From Eubacteriales bacterium (GTDB lineage: Bacteria; Bacillota; Clostridia; Oscillospirales; CAG-272), in assembly GCA_045544955.1 (NCBI GenBank), contig JAZPZY010000029.1, positions 24,412-88,411 on the forward strand: a stretch of 64,000 bases of DNA. The letters run 5' to 3'. This document shows, piece after piece, positions 52,991 through 62,100 of this stretch. A program made the position numbers and the translations under genes. Numbering within the stretch: the first letter of the stretch is position 1; each line of letters opens with the position of its first letter. Under the pieces are notes generated by a model. That model saw only the letters and a list, made by a program, of their open reading frames with translations. It was not told where the DNA came from and made no database searches.

Positions 52991-53251
52991 GGGGGGAGTG
53001 TCAAAAAAACACGCACTTTTTTGTGCACATTTTCATGATAACACAAAGAAAAACACCCGAAATCAACCGATTTCGGGTGTAATTTTGGCTTATGGGATGG
53101 GATTTGAAAGGCCCTTCCGAAAATATAGTCGCCTGGTCTCGCCTCGGTACACTCGGTCTCGCCATGCTCCTTATTTTCGTGAATCGCTTCGTGAAAATGC
53201 CGCACCGCGGCGTTTTCGCTCGCTCCCCCATGACCTCCGGGTTATGAGGGG
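52991..53251 (-). repeat. Composite repeat R4: E1 hairpin plus a tRNA-Met-like 3' half split by a ~117-bp insertion carrying sub-element E3
   Basis: Three parts:
- 53054-53079: CACCCGAAATC-AAC-CGATTTCGGGTG.
- 53094-53108: GGGATGGGATTTGAA, the T-loop side.
- 53229-53251: CATGACCTCCGGGTTATGAGGGG, the anticodon side.
In R3 the last two are separated only by CCT. Here about 53109-53225 intervenes, and it contains CATGCTCCTTATTTTCGTGAATCGCTTCGTGAAAATGCCGCACCGCGGC. Confidence 0.8.
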
Positions 53252-53515
53252 CTCCATTTTAGACAGAAGAAAAACAGAGTTACATAACGCCCAAATTCAA
53301 GGGATATACGTTCTATATTTCACGCCGTTGAATACTTGCATCCTTAACGTACCCGGTTCAATAGGTGTAGGCATGGGTAAAATGGGGGTAGAGTTGGCTT
53401 TAAGTATACCGTTTTCTGAAAAAGTAAGTTAAAGATCCACTTTTATACATTTAGAATTTGCTGCATTTTCAAACAAGTATGCGGATATACTTTTTTTGAA
53501 GATACAGATAAACTG

Positions 53516-54502
53516 TTACAGCCCCCGACTATATACCCAGTGTCCGCCCTTGCGGTGTTTAACAAGTTTTCCGTCCGTAGTCAATCCAGCAAGAATCCGA
53601 TTCGCCGTAGCAGCAGACACGCCGCACAGCGTACGCACATCCGCATTCATGATAAACGCATGTGGTTCGAGGAATTTTTCAATCTGTTTCCAACGAATCG
53701 CTGTTTTATCTATCTTCGCATCGCTCATTTCGTCGCTCATGCTGATTGCATCAATGAGTGATGCTTTGATCGTTGAGAGCATGAACTCAATAAATACTGT
53801 GGATTCTCCGGCATCGTTGGAGGCATTGATAGCGGCATAGTATTCGGCCTGACGGGCGTGAATCATAGACTCAACAGGCAGCCAGGCAAATGCCGGATTC
53901 CATTTTGAAAGCAGCAGGGTATGCCACAGGCGGCCTATACGTCCGTTGCCGTCAGCGAAAGGATGAATCAGCTCAAGTTCATAATGGAAGACGCAGCTGC
54001 GGATCAGCATGTGTACGTCACTGCTTTTTACCCAGTTCAGAAGTTCCATCATCAAATCCGGAACATACTGGGGAAGGGTACCGAAATGGAGGACGTGTCC
54101 ATTCTGATCGACTACGCCAACGGGGCGGGAACGGAATTCTCCGGATTCCTCCACCAACCCTTGTGTCATAATGCCATGTGCCAACAGCAGGTCGTCTACA
54201 GAATAAGGATCAAGGTCATCCAAACGCTCATATATCTCGTAAGCATTTTTTACCTCGGCAATATCCTTGGGCGGAGCCATAACCTGTTTCCCGTTAAGAA
54301 CCGCCGTAACCTGTTCCAGGCTTAAGGTGTTCTGTTCAATAGCAAGAGATGCGTGGATCGTTCGGATCCGGTTTGTACGCCGCAGGGTAGGGTTAGCAGA
54401 CAACTGATTGGCGGACGTCAGCTTACCGACCAGTTCTGCAATTTCCGCCACTTTATGGATGATCGCATTTGTTATTTGAAAAGGGGGATTTTTGTTTGGC
54501 AT
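53516..54502 (-). CDS. Fic-family protein (AMPylase-type Fido domain with C-terminal wHTH)
   Basis: Canonical Fic motif HPFADGNGRIGR. N-terminal inhibitory-helix-like SLAIEQN. C-terminal winged-helix-like tail. GGAGGGTG RBS. Confidence 0.85.
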   Translation of the reverse strand: MPNKNPPFQITNAIIHKVAEIAELVGKLTSANQLSANPTLRRTNRIRTIHASLAIEQNTLSLEQVTAVLNGKQVMAPPKDIAEVKNAYEIYERLDDLDPYSVDDLLLAHGIMTQGLVEESGEFRSRPVGVVDQNGHVLHFGTLPQYVPDLMMELLNWVKSSDVHMLIRSCVFHYELELIHPFADGNGRIGRLWHTLLLSKWNPAFAWLPVESMIHARQAEYYAAINASNDAGESTVFIEFMLSTIKASLIDAISMSDEMSDAKIDKTAIRWKQIEKFLEPHAFIMNADVRTLCGVSAATANRILAGLTTDGKLVKHRKGGHWVYSRGL

Positions 54503-54894
54503 CGTATCACCCTCCGAAACGTATTATGTTGATATAATTTATTATACCAGACTTTGTGACGAAAATCAATACATCGCTCATATCATCACTCAAAATGATG
54601 GATGGTGTTAAAATACGGAGATAATTGTAAGGTTGTCACACCCAAAACGCAGGGGCTTACGTATTTCTATACGACAGCCATCCACCTGCAAATCCCACAA
54701 ATCTCACTGATATATTATCCATCGGAAGCCGGGGTATAATCTGCGGCTATCTGTTCATCTGCTCAATCCGCACTCGGCCATTGCACGCGTAAACACTGAC
54801 AAATGTGTGCCTTTGCGGTACAACAATGGAGAAAAATGCTCAATATCGGTAAACTCTGCAAAGGAACATCATCTCAGCTTTTCGTGCTTTTTAG

Positions 54895-54932
54895 AAAAAA
54901 TTGTGGGCTGCCGCATTTTAATGCGACAGCCC
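54895..54932 (-). terminator. Terminator of the SLH-protein gene
   Basis: Minus strand: GGGCTGTCGCAT-TAAA-ATGCGGCAGCCC (one mismatch) followed by ACAATTTTTT. Confidence 0.7.
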
Positions 54933-54950
54933 CATTATTTGGCTGAACAT

Positions 54951-55964
54951 TCAGTCGTTACCACTCATAAGATCACCGAGATCCACAGAACCATCGCCGC
55001 CGATTTCGATGTAATTCTGTTTTTCCTCGTATTCTTGTTTTGCGGTCTTCAGCCATGTGTAAAATTCCTTTGAAGAAAGAAACGTTTCTTCAAATGCACT
55101 TTGCTCCGACGCCGTCATGTGCATATACGTTTCATAGGAACATACATCGGCAGACGGCGGCGGATCGGACGGTGCAGGCGGATCCGGCTTTTCCGGCTCG
55201 GCCGCGGGCGGCTCGGGGGGATCCGGTTCCAGATCACCACCCGGAATATAGGGCGGCCAGAAGGGGATCGTCCAGCTGTCCTCCTCCGTACTGTCGGAAT
55301 CGGGCGGATCCGGGGGCAGGACAGGAGTGTCTGTTTCTTTGCTTATGCCGTTTTTTTGAATATCCGCCGCTTTCAGAAAATCCTCCGCGGTGAATACTTC
55401 ATTTTCCATCAGCAGATGGGCAAGAGACTCCTCGTCCAGCAAAAGGGCATTCCAGAAAACGGTGACCGCCTCGCCGCGGCAGAAGTCCTGATTGGGTACA
55501 GAGACGGAAATCAATCCCAGAGATGCCGCCAGTGCGTACGGATTATCCCAGCGGAACTGCGCCGCCTCTCCGCTGTCTTTGTAACCGAGAACCCGGAGTA
55601 CCAGCGTCAGAAACATGCAGTCCGTCATGGGGGAATCGGGAGCAAATTCCGTATCGGAAATACCGTTTGTGATCTTATGCATAAAGGCGTAGTTCACATA
55701 CGGCTTTGCCCAATCGGGTACATCCGTAAAGGGGGCGGTATAAGATATGGCTTTCGCCCGCGCTTCTTTACCGATCATACGCACGAGAAGCGTGATACCT
55801 TCTGCCCGGGAAAGGCGGCCGTCCAGATCGTAATCTACGTTATTACCGAGGAACAGCCCCAGATGATGCAGCGCGTCTGCCGTATTGAGCTGCTGATCCG
55901 TATAGGCACTGACCGCGGGGATAAAAAGCAGAACGGTCAGAAGAATGGCGAGGATTCTCTTCAC
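54951..55964 (-). CDS. Secreted SLH-domain (S-layer homology) protein with a Pro-rich linker and acidic C-terminal domain
   Basis: GTG start after AAAGGGGTGG. Signal peptide (LLFIPAVSA-Y). SLH-like repeats (FTDVPDWAKPYVNYAF...NGISDTEFAP...). PPDPPDS/PEPPAAEPEKPDPPAPSDPPP linker. The C-terminal IEIGGDGSVDLGDL resembles a calcium-binding loop. Confidence 0.7.
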   Translation of the reverse strand: MKRILAILLTVLLFIPAVSAYTDQQLNTADALHHLGLFLGNNVDYDLDGRLSRAEGITLLVRMIGKEARAKAISYTAPFTDVPDWAKPYVNYAFMHKITNGISDTEFAPDSPMTDCMFLTLVLRVLGYKDSGEAAQFRWDNPYALAASLGLISVSVPNQDFCRGEAVTVFWNALLLDEESLAHLLMENEVFTAEDFLKAADIQKNGISKETDTPVLPPDPPDSDSTEEDSWTIPFWPPYIPGGDLEPDPPEPPAAEPEKPDPPAPSDPPPSADVCSYETYMHMTASEQSAFEETFLSSKEFYTWLKTAKQEYEEKQNYIEIGGDGSVDLGDLMSGND

Positions 55965-55997
55965 TGTACCACCCCTTTCTTTATACTTTCCTATCCA

Positions 55998-56132
55998 TCA
56001 GCCAACCACGCCGTCCCATACACCGGAAGTGTTTTCACCGGTCCATTCGTCTTCCAAGCCCTCGCCGTTGGCAATCGCTTCCGTGTAAAATGAGAGAATT
56101 TCCACGGTGGGCTTTACGTATTTTTCTTTCAT
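55998..56132 (-). CDS. Small acidic ORF (44 aa) between the giant GH127-like gene and the SLH gene
   Basis: ATG 6 nt after GAGGT. Sequence MKEKYVKPTVEILSFYTEAIANGEGLEDEWTGENTSGVWDGVVG. Below the length cutoff of the supplied ORF track. Starts 31 bp after the giant gene stop and ends 33 bp before the SLH start. Confidence 0.45.
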   Translation of the reverse strand: MKEKYVKPTVEILSFYTEAIANGEGLEDEWTGENTSGVWDGVVG

Positions 56133-56163
56133 ATTGTTACCTCGTCTTTTCAGAATCCGCCGC

Positions 56164-59100
56164 TTACAGGCAGCGGAATTTCTTTACGTCAAACATCAGA
56201 ACGACCATGGCAGGCTCGCTTTCGAGAGACAGGGATGCAGGTGCCGCTGTGACATTGTAGGCGGGCGTGCAAAGCACCACGCCGGTGTCTGCCGTGCCCA
56301 CCAGTTCAATAGCGGCGGTCAGATCCGAAAAATCGGCGATGCCGGTTACGGTCACCTTGAACGCCTGCCCTGCCTTCAGTACAGACTGAATCAGCACAGG
56401 ATCCGGACGCAGAATTACGTCACCGCTTGTGAACTGGGAACTGGTCAGCCGAATTTGAATATTCAGATTCTCGGCTGTTCCATCTGCCAGGTGAGCAGTT
56501 GCCGCTTTGAAATCGGGGAGGAATTTCCAGGAGAATGCGTCGCCGTTTTTGCTGACGACAGGTTGGTTGTAGTTCAACTTTGCGTCTACCAGCCGGTATC
56601 CCGTCTCACCGTTCACCTTCACAGGGAGATAATCGTTATCAAAGGGGAGTTTGAGGACGCCCTCCGCCTCTACTGAAATTACGCCGCTTTCCGTGGCATC
56701 GATCACGTGAGAGCCGGCGGCGGCGTTTACGGCGAGGGCTGTCAGCGCTTTGCCGTTCAGATCCAGCGTGACGCTGGCAGGAACCTTGATTTCCATATCA
56801 CAGATCACGTTCTGCATCATGCGTACAGTGGTGCCGGCAGGCGCTCCGTTCAGTGCGTTCTGCAGTACGGCGGCGGAATCGCTGTCCGCTTCCACGATTA
56901 CGTTTCTGCCCACGGAGAGTGACGCGTTGGCTCCCGCACTGACGACGTATTTATTTGCCGTTGCGGTGAATTTGAATGTACCGCCGTTGATAGCGGCAGC
57001 AGCTGTTCCGGTCACGCTGAAGATCGTGCTGCTGCTCGAAGAGAACGTACCTCCGTTTACGGTCAGCGTACCGCTCTCCCGTACTGCCACGTACGTGCCG
57101 GCTTCAAACGCACCGCCGTTGATGGTCACGGAGCCGCCGTCCACGGCTCTGCAGTAGATCAGCCGTTTCGCGGTTCTGTACGTGCCGGCATTGATGATAA
57201 ACTGTGCGCTCTGGTTGCGGTTGAAGAAGATGCCGTAATCACCGCTTGTGTAAGTTTTGGCATCCACCACACCGTCACCCACGGGGTTTTCCGCCGTGGC
57301 AGAGGAGTCCGTCAGAATCACCGTGCAGGCTGTATCCGTGTCAAAGGTGAAGGCGTTTGCATTGGTGGAGTAAAGCGTCTGCCCGTTCAGATCGACGGTA
57401 AGAATACCTGCCGCCGGATGAATGTAACCACCGGGCACATCCGTCTTGATGTCAAATTGATTCACCGTTTTCTGCAGGACGATATACTGGACTTCCCGGT
57501 CGGTGTTGGACTCGGCCAGTGCTTGTGCAAAAGTACCCGCACCGAACAGGGTATTGGCATCGGTGCCCCAGTATGCTTCTGCGTCGATAGGCTTTGCGAT
57601 CCTGTAAGCTTTGCCTGATTTCATCACGGTAACCCGGGTGTTCAGTTCATCGACCAGGGCGTATCCCTCGGGGAGAATAAACTGATCGGTGATCTCTACG
57701 TCACGGTACGCAGTGCCGTCGTAGTATCCGTTAAAGACGGTCATACCGTTTACGTCGTCGCCCATGGCGGAAGCATCCAGCCGGCCGCCGCAGTAGTAGA
57801 ACGTACCGCGGATACCGTCAACGAGGGTGATATCGCCGGTTTTGTAGTTTTCGTCGCCAAGCACTACCATGGCTTTATGCCCGGAGGCGGTGCCCAGGTA
57901 AATGGGCGCCACGCCGTTTGACACGTTGTCCTTCTGGAAACTTTGAATTTTGCCCTTCCGGATCGTAACGGTACCGCCGTTGGCGAACAGACCGTAGTAT
58001 CCGTGATACGTACCGCCGTTTATGGTAACGTGCAGACCCTCCGGGGAACCGCGGGTAAGAAGCGGTGCATACGTGTTCTGTGTGGCGCTCATTACGTCGC
58101 CATCACCGCCGGTAAAGGTGATGTTTCCGCCCGTAATGTTGGCGTTGGTGGCAAAGATCGCCGCCAGCTTCGTTGTCAGATCGTGTCCGTTCAGATCAAA
58201 GACGAAATTTGCATAGCTGGATTCAAACAGCTTGTCGTTGGTGGTGATGATGTCCCCGCCGCTGAAATCCTTCAGCAGCTTTACGTAGGTGATGCCGTTG
58301 TCGGCGGATTTGAGTGCGGTGAAGATATCTGCCAGCGTGCCGGTGTACCACATGCCGTCTGCCGTCTGATAGGTGACCTCCGCATTGGCGGGAGTGACGA
58401 GGCAAAGCAGTTCTTTGCCGTTCACTGTGGCTTTAATGTTCGCCACACCGATACCAACGAAGGTCACCGTGCCGTCCTGGGAAACCATAGCCACGGCCTC
58501 GTTATCGGAGGACCAGTTGACAACGGTGTTCGTGATTGCTTCACCCGGGTGGGCGGTGCAGACTACCTGCAGGCGGACGGGGGCATCCCCGGCCTGACCG
58601 GTAATTGCCGTGGTGCTGAGTGCATAATCGCACCTGCCGATGGCATCTGCCGCAAGATCCAGACTGCTTCGTGCCAGAGAGAGGGCGGAAAGCGTCGCCG
58701 TGGGATTGGCCGCGGTGGTGCTTGCCAGTGCCTGTGCCCAGGCGAATCGCTCCAGCGATGCCTCGCAGACGCCGGCGGTGTTTACACCGCTTGCCGCAAG
58801 GATAGAGGCGTGCAAAGCCGATGCCTGCGGGGCAGCGGTGGTATTGAGAACCGCACCCGTGGTGATCTCGTATTCAACAGACCGCTTCGCTTCTTTATCG
58901 CCGTTCAGTGCCACGAGGCGGAAGTAATAGGTCTTGCCGTTTTCGGGAAACTGTACGGCGAATTTATCCGTTTTGAGGTTCAGATAGGTGGGAATATTCA
59001 ATCCGCGCAGGTTCATGATAGTGCCTGTGTACACGCCGGGCTCGGTGCCGTACACGATCTTGTACGTATGGGTGGGAGATTCAAAATTGGTAGCGATCTG

Positions 59101-62100
59101 CACACCCTTGTAAATGCTCTGCACGTCTTTCAGCTGAAATTCGGGGAGGGTGCCGTCCGCACTCAAAAACTCGCTCTTTTCAGCATCTGTAAGGCCACGT
59201 ACTGTAAAGGCGGATACCGCAAAAGGTGCATTATAGGAACGGAGTCCCACGGAGCCGCTTGCAAACAGGTTGTTCTGTCCCTCGTAGACGAACTCGCCGT
59301 CCACATATACCCGGAACGTGTTACCGTAAACGAGAACTTTCAGCGTGTATTCCGTGCCTGCCGTGTACGTTTTGCCGGGCACGGATACCGTTTGGCTTTC
59401 ACTCTCCCACCATCTGTTTCCGTCCGTGTAGCCGATCTTCAGCTGCATATTCGCAGACGTGGGGATGATGCCCACATAGTAGCCTTTGTATTTGTCCACG
59501 GCGGCGTCAGAAACTTGGGACACACGGATAATTACTCCGTAGTTGGAGCCGGTAGTTCCGCCCGAGAGGGTGGTCTCCACGGCGTAATCCGTCCAGGACT
59601 CGCCGCCGGTTGTCATCTTGAGGTTGGAACTGGCACCCACGTTCATCTTGCCGTCTGCAAAGGTGACAACGTCCTCCCCGTAGAAGGTCCAGTCCTTCTC
59701 TGCGGTGTCCGCACTGGTGAAATCGGACACGTGCGTACCGATATCGACTGTGCTTTCCGAGGGAACGAAGGCAGGAATGTTGACGGACACTTCATTGGAG
59801 TATACCTGCTGACCGTTCAGAAGGGCGGACAGGCGGAAATAGTAAGTATGTCCCGGGATCAGTCCGGAGATCACCGCCGCCGCATCGTAGAGATTGCGCA
59901 CGGTGTGGGTGTAACTGCCCGATGCGGTGCCGTATTCTACCGTGTAGAAACTGATAAGGTCTCTGTTAAGATTGGTTTTGAGCGTTACGGTACTTTCCCC
60001 GGTAAGGGTGGCGGAGTGGATCTTTATTTCCGTCATGGGAGAAACGGGAATTACCTGAATACCCGTGATGGTCACACCGGTTGGATTGAAGAAGCGGACG
60101 TTGTTGTACTGCCCGGCGTCAAATTTGAAGCCTTTCACGGTGGATTTCGTCAGCGAATCGATACAGGTGGGAAGCTTTGAGATCAGCCCCGTGAGCGTGT
60201 AGACACCGCTTGCATCCAGCACCAGTGCTTCTTCGTATTTTGAGTTTATGTTCATGGTGGCGGTGCCGGCACCCGTGTAGAATACCTTGAGTGTGTAGTC
60301 TGCCGCAGGACGCAGAATCACGTTGTCAAACTCCACCACGTTTCTGCCGTCCTCCACATAGTAGAACGCGCTGTCTGCATCCCGAATGGTGGAGTAATCG
60401 GCAGGCACCTCCGCACCTACCCAGGGCATCAGCGTGATTCGCAGTTTGGTACAGCCGTATGGAACGAGAGTGATATCCTCCCAAAGTACCGGATTCTCCG
60501 CGAGGGGAGAGAAGGGCGGCTCGGGTACGATGTTGGCACGCAGTTCCCACTGGGGCACCTTCTGTCCTTTCGCGGCGATCTTCACCGGCGCGTTTTCCAG
60601 CGTGAAGGGCTGCAGGGGAATCTCATCTGCCACCGTTACGGTCAGGCAGTTGTTGATGTTTTCATCGTTCAGCACCAGTGCGTAATTCCAGTCGCTGGCG
60701 GCGAAGGTCTCGTAGTTATGGATAGTGTCTACGGGAATGGGATAGGAGGTCTGTGCGGTGGAAAGATCCGTCAGTTCCCGCCATTCTTCCTTCACGCCCA
60801 GGCTGAAGTTCAGCGCACCGTATTTTACGCCCACGGAATTGTTGTACCAGTAGGAGATCCGCAATTCACGGGGGAATACGATCTCCACAACGTCGCCTTT
60901 TGTCCACGTCCGTTCTACACGGAGGAATCCGTCCTCCACCGTTCCCGTGACGGTCTGTCCGTTTACCTTGAATGAGGGTGTCTTGCACCAGCCGGGTACA
61001 CGGAGCAGAAGCGGGAATACGGCAGTCTCACCCTCGTAGGTGATGCCGATGGTATCCTTGAAGGGGTAGTCCGTTTCCTGATGGAACACCGCCGTTTTGC
61101 CGTCCGCCACCTTGGCGGTCACCCGGTTGGGACCGTAGGCGATAACGGCAAGACCGCCGTCATCCGTTGCCATATACATGGAGGAGACGAACTTGGGCCA
61201 GCCCATGTGCATATTGGGCAGACAGCACTCGTAGCCGGAGGGCACGCTGTAAGCTGCCTCACTGCCCCGGTCATCCGACTGCTCGTGGTCGCCGCGGGTA
61301 GCCATCACCCGGTTTTCCGCCTGAAAATAGATATGTCCCGTAAAATCGGAGGTAAAGCAGGCGGGCAGGGCATTGTAGGCCACATTCTCCAACTCGTCCC
61401 CGATCCAGCCCTCGCCGATGATGCTCATGCCTGTTTCGTAAGAAAGCATACCCTCCACTACGGCACAGGTCTCAAGGCCCCGGTGGGGGTAATTGTCCCG
61501 GGCGCGCTCATCCGAATGTACGAAGCCGTCAATCCGTCCGTGGTCGATGCCCCAGTTGCGGATTGCTTCTCTGAGGGCGATGCGGTCCTCCTCCTTGCCC
61601 GTCATCTGCCAGAGGATGGCAGGGGTGCGGAGTGCCAGGGTGGAGTCCACCGTATGCTCACGGGTGGTGGTATTGATGTACACGTCCGTCCAGGTCCGGT
61701 CACAGTTTTTGGAGCCGGTAGATTCTGCAATCATCTCCGCAAGACCCAGCAGCCAGTCACTGTCCTCCGGCTTTGCCGGATCGTACACCCGGTTGTAGTA
61801 CCACAGAATCACTTCGATATTTTCGCCGCCGCGGGCAATGCTCCAGAGCTGGAAGGGATTTTTGGGAATCTGGGTCATCTGGAAGGCGAAATAGCCGCCC
61901 AGCACTTCCATTACCCGCTCATCGGGATCCCCCTCGTTTTCGGTGGATTCATAGTAATCCCGGAGGGTGCCCAGCACCATCATATGCGGCCACCAGTCGT
62001 TCCCGGTGAGGGAGGATCCGTCCCCGTGGACGGCGGGGCCGAAATAGCCGGTCTTCTTGCCGCTTTCCAGAATGGGATCGATCCACTGCATGGCCATTTC

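Noticed and set aside
53001-53231. Small ORFs inside the repeats that share peptide strings (VPFHDRRRRSWAW; AAVRHFHEAIHENKEHG). Examples: 36259-36456, 37535-37717, 52975-53205, 53001-53231, 63320-63622, 63619-63900 and 15226-15441.
   Set aside because: The apparent peptide conservation follows from nucleotide-level repeat conservation. The frames are broken differently in each copy. The only SD-like sequence (AAGGAG) sits 1 nt from its ATG. The ORFs also run through terminator hairpins.
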